64,000 nt of DNA, taken from contig JAITVV010000017.1 of assembly GCA_031285625.1 (NCBI GenBank), forward strand, positions 32,001 to 96,000. The letters run 5' to 3'. The stretch comes from Prevotella sp. (GTDB taxonomy: Bacteria > Bacteroidota > Bacteroidia > Bacteroidales > Dysgonomonadaceae). The notes below the pieces were generated by a model. The model was not told the DNA's origin. It did not search any database and saw only the letters and a program-made list of their open reading frames with translations. This document shows, piece after piece, positions 50,431 through 60,896 of this stretch (position 1 is its first letter; each line of letters opens with the position of its first letter). A program made the translations under genes and the position numbers.

Positions 50431-50455
50431 AAATACGATAACTATTTAGATTAAA

Positions 50456-51439
50456 ATGAAACGTAATATAGCTATTGTTTGGGGAGGATATTCTTCCGAA
50501 ATCATTGTTTCTGCTAAAAGTATGGCTAGTGTATATTCTTTTTTAGATAAAGAGAGATACAACATATATAAAGTTAAAGTAGTAAAAGAAGGTTGGAGCA
50601 TAGATATTGATGAAAAGCAATATCCTGTTGATAAAAATGATTTCAGTTTTGTGCATCCATCCAACAAAGAAAAGATTAAATTTGACTTTGCCTTCATTAT
50701 CATACATGGTACACCCGGTGAAGATGGACATCTACAAGGTTATTTTGATATGCTCGATATTCCCTACTCTACTTGTGGAATGATTGCATCTTCTTTAACA
50801 ATGAATAAGTTTATATGCAATAATTATCTCAAAAATTTTGGCATAAAAGTTGCTAATTCTTTATATTTGAATAAAGGTTCTAAATATAATATTAACGATA
50901 TTGCCGAATCACTAGGTTTTCCTATGTTTGTTAAACCTAATACAGGAGGCTCAAGTTTTGCAACAACTAAAGTAAAATCTATAGACCAGTTACAAAAGGC
51001 TATTGATATTGCATTTGGAGAAACTCCGGATGTAATCATGGAAAGCTTTATTCAAGGTACGGAAGTTACATGCGGATGTTATAAAACAAAGGACAAGGAG
51101 GTAGTTTTACCTCTAACAGAAGTAGTTACCCCTAATGAATTCTTTGATTACAATGCAAAGTATGAAGGACAGGTAGAAGAAATTACTCCTGCACGTATAT
51201 CAAAGAATATGACTGATGAAATACAACGGCTAACTCGTAAAATATATGGTTTGGTTGGGGCCAAAGGTATAATCAGAGTCGATTATATTATCTCTGGAGA
51301 TACCCCTTACTTATTAGAAGTAAACACTGTTCCGGGCATGACTCAGACCAGTTTTATACCCCAGCAGATAGCTGCTGCAGGTTTAAACATTACTGAAGTC
51401 TTAACTGAGATTATAGAAAACGAATTTAATGTAAATTGA
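50456..51439 (+). CDS. ddl: D-alanine--D-alanine ligase
   Basis: GGYSSE, HGTPGEDG, FDYNAKY, EVNTVPG. Confidence 0.96.
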   Translation: MKRNIAIVWGGYSSEIIVSAKSMASVYSFLDKERYNIYKVKVVKEGWSIDIDEKQYPVDKNDFSFVHPSNKEKIKFDFAFIIIHGTPGEDGHLQGYFDMLDIPYSTCGMIASSLTMNKFICNNYLKNFGIKVANSLYLNKGSKYNINDIAESLGFPMFVKPNTGGSSFATTKVKSIDQLQKAIDIAFGETPDVIMESFIQGTEVTCGCYKTKDKEVVLPLTEVVTPNEFFDYNAKYEGQVEEITPARISKNMTDEIQRLTRKIYGLVGAKGIIRVDYIISGDTPYLLEVNTVPGMTQTSFIPQQIAAAGLNITEVLTEIIENEFNVN

Positions 51440-51443
51440 TACC

Positions 51444-52592
51444 ATGAGTAACAAATTTGATGATATTGCACCTCTTTACGACCACGAGGTGAAACAAGCC
51501 ATTCAGGATATATTAGTAGATCCCGGATTTCAGCATGCAGTCAGATATATTATGCCTGATATCAATTGGGACGAATTCTCTGCCGAAATGTCTAAATATG
51601 AAACCAAAGAGCAGTTTCAATCACAGATGATTTATCCGGTTGTAAAAATGCTGGGAATGAAGGTTTCGGACAGCATGCTACTTGATAAGTGGGAGACCAT
51701 AGACAAATCTGTAGAACATCTATTCCTGTCTAACCATCGGGATATTGTATTGGATGCAGGTTTACTTAATATTCTGCGTCACGAAAAAGGATTCGCTACT
51801 ACCGAAATAGCAATTGGAGATAATCTTCTTATCCACCCATGGATAGATAAGCTGGTACGCTTAAATAAAAGCTTTATAGTACGAAGAGGATTATCCATCA
51901 AAGAAAGGCTCATAGCCTCTAAACACATGTCTGAATATATACATTACGCTATCTCTGAAAAGAAAGAATCGGTGTGGATAGCACAGCGCGAAGGACGTGC
52001 CAAAAACTCAGATGACAGAACACAGGATAGCCTTTTGAAGATGTTAGCACTATATCCTGAAGATAAACCATTTATAGAAAGTTTGAAAGAATTAAACCTG
52101 ATCCCATTATCTATTTCCTATGAGTATGATCCTTGTGACTATCTGAAAGCAAAGGAATTTCAACAAAAAAGGGATAATCCTGATTTCAAGAAAACTCAGC
52201 GGGATGACTTACTAAATATGGAAATTGGTATTTTAGGAAAAAAAGGAAATGTTATTTTCCGTTTTGGAAATTGTATAAATCCGGAGCTTGACAAAATAAC
52301 AGAACCGGACAAACGTATACAACCCGAAATAGCTGCACATATAATTGATAAAGAAATTCATCGTAATTACGAAATATTCCCTTGTAATTATATGGCTCAT
52401 GATCTTTTTAATAAAGAAACCAGATTTAGTGACAAATATACTCCGGAGCAGGTAGATGAATTTAAAGACTATCTGGATAAGCAAATTAAGAAGATTGACC
52501 TGGATTACATCGATTACGACTTTGTCTTCGATAAAATGCTGGAAATGTACTCCAATACATTAAAAAACCATCTGGTAGCAATACAATCATAA
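51444..52592 (+). CDS. Glycerol-phosphate/1-acyl-sn-glycerol-3-phosphate acyltransferase family
   Basis: SNHRDIVLD (HxxxxD-type), AQREGRAK. Confidence 0.85.
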   Translation: MSNKFDDIAPLYDHEVKQAIQDILVDPGFQHAVRYIMPDINWDEFSAEMSKYETKEQFQSQMIYPVVKMLGMKVSDSMLLDKWETIDKSVEHLFLSNHRDIVLDAGLLNILRHEKGFATTEIAIGDNLLIHPWIDKLVRLNKSFIVRRGLSIKERLIASKHMSEYIHYAISEKKESVWIAQREGRAKNSDDRTQDSLLKMLALYPEDKPFIESLKELNLIPLSISYEYDPCDYLKAKEFQQKRDNPDFKKTQRDDLLNMEIGILGKKGNVIFRFGNCINPELDKITEPDKRIQPEIAAHIIDKEIHRNYEIFPCNYMAHDLFNKETRFSDKYTPEQVDEFKDYLDKQIKKIDLDYIDYDFVFDKMLEMYSNTLKNHLVAIQS

Positions 52593-52668
52593 GGCAAAGA
52601 TAATTTTGTATAGCTTTTGAGTTATATAAATATATTTCTATATTTGTATAACTCAAAAAGGCCCAGCT

Positions 52669-53241
52669 ATGAAAAAAATTCTACTTTACATTACATGCAG
52701 CCTCCTATCCATCACGTGTTTTTCACAGGTAGTAAAACAGGGTGAGCAATTCACCAAAGTTCCTGTTCTTGAGGAAAAAGTAATCTTCATGAAGGAAATT
52801 CCTCTCAAATCGGGATTATCAGCTGAAGATAATTATAAGTTATTAAAAGAATGGGCAGGTATAAATTATGGAAAAGATCCATTTATCTCCAGTATCAGAT
52901 ACAATCTGGATAATAAAGAATTTATAGCTAAGTCGAGAATAGAACTTTTATTACCTGCTAACTCAAAAGGAGAAAGGGAGAAAATGATTATGCGATATCG
53001 CGTAAACGGATTTATCTTCCAGGATAAATGTGTATTGGAAATAATTGATATTTCATATTTATACGAAAATTCAGGTAAGGGAAATCTATTATCACGTGTA
53101 ATACGTGCAGAAGACTTTATTACAGACAAAGCTCTTGAAGATAATAATCACCTTGAAATAAAAACCAACACTCGCAAAAGCACACTATATTTTCTGAATG
53201 AGCTTGGTGCAAACTTTGAAAACAAGTTTGGGTATAAATAA
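52669..53241 (+). CDS. Exported protein, DUF4468-like
   Basis: Signal peptide; VPVLEEKVIF...YKLLKEW pattern. Confidence 0.6.
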   Translation: MKKILLYITCSLLSITCFSQVVKQGEQFTKVPVLEEKVIFMKEIPLKSGLSAEDNYKLLKEWAGINYGKDPFISSIRYNLDNKEFIAKSRIELLLPANSKGEREKMIMRYRVNGFIFQDKCVLEIIDISYLYENSGKGNLLSRVIRAEDFITDKALEDNNHLEIKTNTRKSTLYFLNELGANFENKFGYK

Positions 53242-53263
53242 GAATAAAAGAATATCTAGAAAT

Positions 53264-53301
53264 AAAAAAGACCACACTTCATTTACAAGTATGGTCTTTT
53301 T
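53264..53301. terminator. Bidirectional terminator
   Basis: AAAAAGACCACACTT ... AAGTATGGTCTTTTT between convergent genes. Confidence 0.7.
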
Positions 53302-53321
53302 CTTTTTATATAGGTTTATAT

Positions 53322-53855
53322 TTATATCTTTTTCCAATAAGTATATTTACCGTTAAAATTAAGTTCCAGCTTCAAATTATCTGATGCAGGAATATCTTCA
53401 GATGGAGTAAATGTCACATTTATTTTCAGAGTATGTTGATTAACCATTCTGGTAAATGAATTCTTAAAAAAATCTATATGTTTATTGGTATATAAATCTA
53501 TATCAGCTACAGTAATGTCTCCAAAAGATTGTTCAACACCATTTATTTTCACTTTGAAATCTTTTAATACAACACCATTTCTCAGTCCAGTTACACTTGC
53601 AGTGACTTTACCTAAGTTCAGTTCACCTGTCGAAATCCTTGTACCATCATAACCTGTAGCACTAACTTTAAGTAAATCTTCTAAAGAAGCACTGACTTCG
53701 GGAATTGTCACAACTTGATCTTTAAAGCCTTTCAACTCTACAGTCTGTTTACAATCAGAGGTAAAAGTTACAGCTTCTTTCTCATCGTCACTACCACATG
53801 CTGTAAATGCAAACATTGCTGTTATTGTAAATAAAACAAAAAATAATTTCTTCAT
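53322..53855 (-). CDS. Hypothetical surface lipoprotein
   Basis: MKKLFFVLFTITAMFAFTAC followed by GSDDEKE. Confidence 0.75.
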   Translation of the reverse strand: MKKLFFVLFTITAMFAFTACGSDDEKEAVTFTSDCKQTVELKGFKDQVVTIPEVSASLEDLLKVSATGYDGTRISTGELNLGKVTASVTGLRNGVVLKDFKVKINGVEQSFGDITVADIDLYTNKHIDFFKNSFTRMVNQHTLKINVTFTPSEDIPASDNLKLELNFNGKYTYWKKI

Positions 53856-54037
53856 AAATGTCAATGATTTTAATTTAATTCTAGAAAATTGTGTTTTGAA
53901 AATTCTGTTAATGATCCGGGCACAAAGGTAATTCTTTTTTAATAATATAATATTTACTGATAAAAGATTTATCAGTTCATTCCTATCTAATCAGAATTTA
54001 TTACCTTTAGACATCTGATAATCTTACATTTACTATA

Positions 54038-54565
54038 ATGAAAAACAAAGTCATCGAAATCCGGAAAGAAACCATTAATGATTATCCCTCTGTATATGCT
54101 GTTAATTCCGCGGCTTTCAACAGAAAAGATGAAGCACGTCTTACTGACAGATTACGCCTGAGTAATGCTTTTGTACCTGAACTATCGTTAGTAGCAACAA
54201 TAGAAGATAAAATCATTGGAGCAATCCTATTCACAGAAATTTATATCGTAGATACTGATAAAGAAGTAGTGAGTCTTTCACTTGCACCTATAGCAGTAGT
54301 CCCGGATCAACAAAATAAGGGAATAGGTAGTCAACTCATACAATATGGACTTGATAAAGCGAAAGAACTGGGATATAAATCCGTTATCGTGTTAGGACAT
54401 AAAGATTATTATCCTCGATTCGGATTCAAACCTGCAAAGAAATGGTCTATAAAAGCCCCATTTAATATCCCTGATGATGCATTTATGGCTCTCGAATTAG
54501 TAGAAGACAGTTTGAATAATGTAAAAGGAATGGTAAGATACGCAAAAGAATTCGGCGATATCTAA
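54038..54565 (+). CDS. GNAT acetyltransferase (YhbS-like)
   Basis: LAPIAVVPDQQNKGIG, VLGHKDYYPRFGF. Confidence 0.92.
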   Translation: MKNKVIEIRKETINDYPSVYAVNSAAFNRKDEARLTDRLRLSNAFVPELSLVATIEDKIIGAILFTEIYIVDTDKEVVSLSLAPIAVVPDQQNKGIGSQLIQYGLDKAKELGYKSVIVLGHKDYYPRFGFKPAKKWSIKAPFNIPDDAFMALELVEDSLNNVKGMVRYAKEFGDI

Positions 54566-54572
54566 TGCTGAA

Positions 54573-55004
54573 TTATAAGCTCATACCTTCATATTTTGAT
54601 ATAGCCTCACGCCATACATCAGGTATGTGCATCGAGGATTGAGTTTCAGCATTATAAGTAACAAAAACTGACTGGCAACGACATTTTATTTCATTATTCT
54701 TTGTATTCCTTATTTGCTGAAGAAAGACTCCGCTTTTATCTCCAAGCTTTACTATTTTGGTTTCTACAGCAATAGCCTCTTTATAGTAGATAGGAGAAAA
54801 GAAATCCGTTTCTATATGTGCTACAACTATCAACCCGTCTATCCAACTGACAGTTGTAGGCTTTATGACATCAAAATAGCTTGTCTTACCAAGATCAAAA
54901 TAGCTGAAATATACGTTATTATTTATATGTCCCAGAGCATCGATATCACTAAAGCGAATCTGCACGGGTAAAGTAGTTTTGAATGTCTCGGGTTTTATTT
55001 CCAT
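54573..55004 (-). CDS. Acyl-CoA thioesterase (hotdog fold)
   Basis: RFSDIDALGHINN; start placed at MEIKP, 4 nt after the DUF721 stop. Confidence 0.9.
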   Translation of the reverse strand: MEIKPETFKTTLPVQIRFSDIDALGHINNNVYFSYFDLGKTSYFDVIKPTTVSWIDGLIVVAHIETDFFSPIYYKEAIAVETKIVKLGDKSGVFLQQIRNTKNNEIKCRCQSVFVTYNAETQSSMHIPDVWREAISKYEGMSL

Positions 55005-55008
55005 AAAA

Positions 55009-55302
55009 TTATCTGAATATAATATCATTAACGACATACATGCCCGCATGTTCGTTCAACTTATTTATTAGTTTATCTTTTGCCATTAGTAATTCTGAAC
55101 GTAATACAGATGAACTAAGTGAAACGTAAAGCACACCATTACGCAAATAGATATTGGTTGTGTAAGACGTTATCATTGGGCCAAGCAGTTTTGACCAACC
55201 TGTAACAGCCCTACTTTCGGCAAATTTTCTCTTAAAAAACTGGTTCTCTTCAAAGAATTGCCTCAGAACTTCGCCTATACTTTCCGTATTTCGTTTTCTC
55301 AT
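55009..55302 (-). CDS. DUF721 (DciA-like) protein
   Basis: W..LLG..I..YT..IYLRNGVLYV..SSSVLRSEL; overlaps recF. Confidence 0.85.
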   Translation of the reverse strand: MRKRNTESIGEVLRQFFEENQFFKRKFAESRAVTGWSKLLGPMITSYTTNIYLRNGVLYVSLSSSVLRSELLMAKDKLINKLNEHAGMYVVNDIIFR

Positions 55303-56405
55303 ATAGCAATGTTCTTTTGTATTACTTCTCCTTTAGTTACTTCATAAAGGTGATAATCACTATTTGTACTGGAGAGAATATCATCAAGATGTTCCCTGTT
55401 AGTATCTGTTATAAATATTTGACCAAAGTCTTTATCAAGTACTAATGTAATAATTTTTTCTACTCTTGACGAATCCAGTTTATCAAATATATCATCCAAT
55501 AATAAGATAGGAGTTGTATCCGTAGCCTTTCTGAGAAAATCGAATTGAGCTAATTTTAAAGCAACCACATAAGTTTTGTTTTGCCCCTGAGATCCAACCC
55601 TTTTCATCGAATAACTATCCATTTGCATATCCAGATCATCCTTATGTATACCAACAGTAGTATATCCAAGTATCTTATCCCTTTCTCTCCTTTGCTTTAG
55701 CAGTTGTGAAAAATCAGTATCATCGAAATGAGATTCATACTTCAACTCTACTTTTTCATTTGATGAACATATAAAATCATAGAATTTTTGAAAAATTGGA
55801 ATAAACTTATCTATAAAATCTTTTCTTTTTGAATAGATAATTTTTCCCTCATCTATCAACTGATCATCCCACAGGTCTAAAAGTGTCTCATCTATATGCC
55901 CATCGGTTTTCAACAAGGCATTTCGTTGTTGCAAAGCCTTATTATAGCGAATAAGGGAATGCAGATATTCTTTATCGAATTGGGAAAGAAAAAGATCAAT
56001 AAATTTACGGCGTTCGTCACTACCGCCATTTATCAGATCCGTATCGGAAGGAGAAACCATCACCAGAGGTAGTAAACCTATATGACCAGATAAGCGCTCA
56101 TACTCTTTCTTATTACGCTTAAATTGCTTTTTTTGTTTACGCCTGAGACTACAGAAGAATTCATCTTGTTTATCATTCATTAAATACCATCCTTGTATTA
56201 CAGCAAAATCAGCGCTATGACGAATATTCTGTGAATCGATCGGATTATTGTAACTCTTACAGAATGACAGATAATATATGGCATCCAGAAGATTCGTTTT
56301 CCCCATACCATTACTACCTAAAAAACAATTTATCTTAGAAGATAAATTCAATTCAGTTTGCTCTATATTCTTATAATTAAGGATGGATAAACGTTCTAAT
56401 ATCAT
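55299..56405 (-). CDS. recF: DNA replication and repair protein RecF
   Basis: NYKN, GSNGMGKTN, GSQGQ, LLDDIFDKLD; start placed at MILER. Confidence 0.96.
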   Translation of the reverse strand: MILERLSILNYKNIEQTELNLSSKINCFLGSNGMGKTNLLDAIYYLSFCKSYNNPIDSQNIRHSADFAVIQGWYLMNDKQDEFFCSLRRKQKKQFKRNKKEYERLSGHIGLLPLVMVSPSDTDLINGGSDERRKFIDLFLSQFDKEYLHSLIRYNKALQQRNALLKTDGHIDETLLDLWDDQLIDEGKIIYSKRKDFIDKFIPIFQKFYDFICSSNEKVELKYESHFDDTDFSQLLKQRRERDKILGYTTVGIHKDDLDMQMDSYSMKRVGSQGQNKTYVVALKLAQFDFLRKATDTTPILLLDDIFDKLDSSRVEKIITLVLDKDFGQIFITDTNREHLDDILSSTNSDYHLYEVTKGEVIQKNIAI

Positions 56406-56510
56406 TTTCTGAAAGATCAATATTCCACAAAAATACAATTTTTATATGGGATACCAGTTTTTAATATGATAAAGAACAGAAGATTTATTATGTATATCTT
56501 CCGAAACGAA

Positions 56511-57131
56511 TCACAGCAACTTAAACGAATAGCCTTGTTCTTTCAGCCATTCTATACTTTTGGGCAAAGCATATTTCATATTCCTTTCAGCCTTCAAGGA
56601 ATCATGGAACACTATAACAGAACCGTCACGCGTATATTTCTTCACATTTTCATATACTTGTTCCGGGGTCATCAGTTTACTATAGTCACGAGTCACGACA
56701 TCCCACATCACAATCTGGTAATAGCGCCGTAATGTAAAAAATTGAGGGATACGCATGTGTCCATGGGGTGGGCGGAAAATATCTGATTCTATATATTCAG
56801 AAGCCAGTCTGGTATTTTCCAGATATCTTTTCGAAAACTTTCGTATGCCTTGTATATGGTTAAAAGTATGATTGCCTACACGATGTCCCCTGTTGAGTAC
56901 CATCTTATAAATTTCGGGGTGCTTACGAACATTATCTCCAACACAAAAAAACGTTGCCTTAATGTTATATTCATCTAACAAGTCCAATACCCACGGTGTA
57001 ATTTCAGGTATAGGTCCATCATCAAATGTGAGATAAACAGTCTTTTGACCTTTTATAGGTTTTCGCCATATAGCTCCGGGAAAGAGCATGCGATATATAA
57101 TAGGAGGTTGTTCAATTAACATGACGAACAT
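56511..57131 (-). CDS. Polysaccharide deacetylase (CE4)
   Basis: LTFDDGP, NHTFNH, FRPPHG, VFHD. Confidence 0.93.
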   Translation of the reverse strand: MFVMLIEQPPIIYRMLFPGAIWRKPIKGQKTVYLTFDDGPIPEITPWVLDLLDEYNIKATFFCVGDNVRKHPEIYKMVLNRGHRVGNHTFNHIQGIRKFSKRYLENTRLASEYIESDIFRPPHGHMRIPQFFTLRRYYQIVMWDVVTRDYSKLMTPEQVYENVKKYTRDGSVIVFHDSLKAERNMKYALPKSIEWLKEQGYSFKLL

Positions 57132-57142
57132 TCACAAACAAG

Positions 57143-57170
57143 CGGATTTTCATGAGATCATGAAAATCCG
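57143..57170. repeat. Perfect intergenic palindrome
   Basis: CGGATTTTCATGA-ga-TCATGAAAATCCG. Confidence 0.7.
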
Positions 57171-57186
57171 TGTTCATCTATTTATA

Positions 57187-60100
57187 TTAATTTCTATATT
57201 TTTGTAAAAGTCTTGGATTATACCTTTGCATAAGTTCACCAATACGGTTTGCCATCTCATGCTCTTCTCTCTCAACAACAGAGTCTTCCCCTGATAAGTA
57301 GAAACCTCTCATAGTTACACGCATCAGATAGTCTAAAGGATGCCTGCTTTCGCTGAAACTCACTCCATTGCTAAGGAATTTATCTGTAAGTAACATGAGC
57401 TTATCAAGCATAGCCTTATATTTAGCTCTGTCGTAACGTTGATAAACATCCAATATCTGAATCTCATTATTCAAATAATCACGAATATCAGAACTACAAG
57501 TAATCATATCTATCTGTTTCATACTTGCATACCATTGCAGTGAGCCATTTGTTCTATAGAGTATCTCATCAATTATCTTCTGAGCCTTTTCCGGCTGTCC
57601 AAGCTGATAGTATGCTTCAGCAAAAATAACTGACTCTCCGCTTCTAGGAACTGTATTACCAGGAATCTTTTCCATACATGTATCAAGAGCTATCAAAGCT
57701 TTCTCATTATCACCCTTTTCCAATAATGCAGTGATTAAATCACCAAACATCAGACGGAAAGTGCGGCACATTCTCAGGTTATTTTCATCCAGGTATACTT
57801 TAGGATTTTCAATACCACCATATTTGTATTTATTGACCATATTGTCAAACATTACATCTGTATTTACACCGGTACTGTCTACAATTCCCGGAGTGATACG
57901 GCATATAATACCTTCTTTTACTGATTGGTCTGTCAACTTCAATGGCGGCTCTCCTATTGTCATAGCATAGTATATACCACGCTTCCAGTCATCTTTATTG
58001 ATATTGTTCAACATATCCAATATCATCATTTCCTGTCTGTATATACCACCTTTATTATCTCCAAGATCGAATATAAATTCACGCTTAGGAGTAGCCCCCA
58101 GAGTCTTCCAATCTACCTTGGACTCATCTATATTCATCTTAAAGATACTACTAGGTATAATTACGCCCTTATCGATACCAAATGGATTACGAGGTGTATA
58201 ATTATCTTTTGTTTTTAGTATATCAAGTACTTCGTCTACTGACATAGTATCTTTATATGCGGCTGTATCATAATATTCATTATAATTGATCCGGCCAAAC
58301 ATAGAGGCCCCATCTTGCGAACTCTTCAATTCCCGGTTTATTACACTTTCTATGTCTTTACGGGACAATACATATGCCGACTGACCTTTAGAACCCTGAT
58401 ATCTGTCTTCTTCCCATTCTATTGGCAGTGGCGACGAATCATAAGCCTGACGGCGCATTTGATCTACGTACCAATCTGTTTGCAAGTAACTAAGGTTACA
58501 AACCCGCACATCGGTACGGAAGCCCTCAACTTCCTGAGCATACCATAATGGGAATGTATCGTTGTCACCCATAGAGAAGAGGATACTATTCGGCTCGCAT
58601 CCGCGAAGGTAGTTCATACCAAAATCGCGCATTGTATATCTATCCGAGCGGTCATGGTCATCCCAGTTTTGTCCGGCCATCTGTATTGGTATAAATAGAG
58701 AAAGACCTGTAGCAAGAGATGCTGCAATCTGACTAGGCAGGAATTTACTGAAGATTCTCCACAAAAATGCAACACCAAATCCTATCCAGATACAAAATGC
58801 ATAGAACGAGCCTGCATAAGCATAATCACGTTCACGTGGTTCAAATGGTTGCTGATTCAAGTATATAATAATCGCAATACCTGTCATGAAGAACAACATG
58901 AATGTTATAAGGAATTGTTGTTCCCCTTTACGTCCTCTTGTCAATTGGAAACCTATACCAAGTATTCCTAATATCAAAGGCAACATATAGTATTTGTTAT
59001 GGCCCTTATTTTCAGCAATATCCGGTGGTAAATTATCTTGTGGACCACGTCCTAACAACTCATCAACAAAACTAATACCTGTTATCCAGTTACCGTTACT
59101 CATATTACCTACAGCCTGAACATCATTCTGACGACCAGAGAAGTTCCACATGAAATAACGGAAATACATGAAATCCAATTGATATGTAAAGAAGAATTTC
59201 AGATTCTCGAACATTGTAGGTTGTACCGATGTATCTTTTATATCCGCCCATATCTGATAACCTAATAAATGCCTGTCTTCTGTAGAATACATTCGTGGAA
59301 GAAGCATTGTATTTGTATATCCATAAGTTGGGATTGTACCGGTTACAACATATTCATCTTTCTGGTCAGGAGATTTCTTTACAACTTTATCATAAGTTTT
59401 CTTTTCGCTTTCCGGAGGAGATATCCTACCTGATGCACCGTCTCTTTTTTCGGTAGAAGCATATGTTTTCCCATAAAACAATGGCCTGTCCCCATACTGT
59501 TCACGATTAAGATAACTGGCCAAAGTAAATACATTCTCCGGAGAGTTCTGATCCATTGGTGTATTAGCCACTGAACGGATAGGAATAAGTGCAAAAGAGG
59601 AATATCCTACCAGAATAACCATCAGACACAAAACTGTTGTATTCAGAAATCTAAGATCTATTTTCTTATAGAAGAATAAAAAAGCAGCAGTGGCAGCTAT
59701 AAGTACTAACCAAAGTAATATACTTGATCCGATAAAAGTAACCCCACTCAACGCTAAAGTGATTAGAACAGCTATTTTTGCCCTTTTCATATTTCCCTTT
59801 GGCGAAAGAGTTTCATAAAGTGCCCAGATAATAGAAACAATTATCAGTAGGATATAAGTCAATGCACCTGTATTATATGAAAAACCTAAGCTATTAACAA
59901 ACAGCATTTCAAACCATCCGCCGACTTTTGTGAATCCGGGGATAATACCATACATGAGTATAACAATAAGCAAAACAGAAACAGCTAATGCAACCAGCGT
60001 TCCTTTTACATCTATATCCTTTGCCTTCTTGAAGTAATATACCAGAACAATAGCCGGAATACAAAGCAAGTTGAGCAAATGGACTCCAATAGACAGTCCC

Positions 60101-60654
60101 ATCGCATATGCTATAATAACCAACCATTTGTCAGCACCGGGCTGTCCTGCGCGATTCTCCCATTTCAGTATCAGCCAAAACACGAGAGCCGTAAACATGG
60201 AAGAATAGGCATAAACCTCACCCTCCACAGCCGAGAACCAAAATGTATCTGTGAATGTATACGTAAGGGCACCAACTAAACCGCTACCAATAATAGCTAT
60301 AAGCTGTCCCAAAGACATTTCTTTTTCAGTATCTGTATAAATTAATTTCTTAGCAAGATGTGTAATAGTCCAGAACAGGAATAATATGGTAAGGGCACTC
60401 AATAAAGCTGACATACTGTTTATCATAGCAGCAACCTGACTAGGATCAGAAGCAAATAATGAGAAAAACTTTCCGGTTAGCATGAAAAACGGAGCTCCCG
60501 GCGGGTGACCAACTTCCAGTTTGTAGGCAGAAGTAATAAACTCGCCACAATCCCAAAAACTGGCTGTAGGTTCAATTGTCATCAGGTAAACAATAGCAGC
60601 TATGGCAAAACTAAACCAACCAAAGATATTGTTTATCAGGTTATATTTCTTCAT
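57187..60654 (-). CDS. DUF2723 (GT-C fold glycosyltransferase-like) membrane protein
   Basis: FWDCGEFI, VGHPPGAP, FWFSAVEGEVY, ERDYAY, GDNDTFPLWY. Confidence 0.92.
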   Translation of the reverse strand: MKKYNLINNIFGWFSFAIAAIVYLMTIEPTASFWDCGEFITSAYKLEVGHPPGAPFFMLTGKFFSLFASDPSQVAAMINSMSALLSALTILFLFWTITHLAKKLIYTDTEKEMSLGQLIAIIGSGLVGALTYTFTDTFWFSAVEGEVYAYSSMFTALVFWLILKWENRAGQPGADKWLVIIAYAMGLSIGVHLLNLLCIPAIVLVYYFKKAKDIDVKGTLVALAVSVLLIVILMYGIIPGFTKVGGWFEMLFVNSLGFSYNTGALTYILLIIVSIIWALYETLSPKGNMKRAKIAVLITLALSGVTFIGSSILLWLVLIAATAAFLFFYKKIDLRFLNTTVLCLMVILVGYSSFALIPIRSVANTPMDQNSPENVFTLASYLNREQYGDRPLFYGKTYASTEKRDGASGRISPPESEKKTYDKVVKKSPDQKDEYVVTGTIPTYGYTNTMLLPRMYSTEDRHLLGYQIWADIKDTSVQPTMFENLKFFFTYQLDFMYFRYFMWNFSGRQNDVQAVGNMSNGNWITGISFVDELLGRGPQDNLPPDIAENKGHNKYYMLPLILGILGIGFQLTRGRKGEQQFLITFMLFFMTGIAIIIYLNQQPFEPRERDYAYAGSFYAFCIWIGFGVAFLWRIFSKFLPSQIAASLATGLSLFIPIQMAGQNWDDHDRSDRYTMRDFGMNYLRGCEPNSILFSMGDNDTFPLWYAQEVEGFRTDVRVCNLSYLQTDWYVDQMRRQAYDSSPLPIEWEEDRYQGSKGQSAYVLSRKDIESVINRELKSSQDGASMFGRINYNEYYDTAAYKDTMSVDEVLDILKTKDNYTPRNPFGIDKGVIIPSSIFKMNIDESKVDWKTLGATPKREFIFDLGDNKGGIYRQEMMILDMLNNINKDDWKRGIYYAMTIGEPPLKLTDQSVKEGIICRITPGIVDSTGVNTDVMFDNMVNKYKYGGIENPKVYLDENNLRMCRTFRLMFGDLITALLEKGDNEKALIALDTCMEKIPGNTVPRSGESVIFAEAYYQLGQPEKAQKIIDEILYRTNGSLQWYASMKQIDMITCSSDIRDYLNNEIQILDVYQRYDRAKYKAMLDKLMLLTDKFLSNGVSFSESRHPLDYLMRVTMRGFYLSGEDSVVEREEHEMANRIGELMQRYNPRLLQKYRN

Positions 60655-60715
60655 AATGAACAGGTGTTGAATAATGTCTGCTTGATTAAACAGTTGTTTT
60701 TTATATATTTGGGTG

Positions 60716-60723
60716 CAAAGATA
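60716..60723 (-). promoter_or_regulatory. -7 promoter box upstream of DUF2723
   Basis: TATCTTTG on the minus strand. Confidence 0.5.
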
Positions 60724-60896
60724 GTTAAATCAATGAAAGTATTATTTTATATTCCTTTGTTTTTAACTCTCAAATTCAAAAACTTCTTAAAAAGAAGAAT
60801 TCTTTTATAAGATTATCTAATTAAGTAATGCGAATCAGTGAAACATAGCAAAGAATAGAATTGAAAATCGGCAGAGCTAAATTTTATGAAAAAAGT

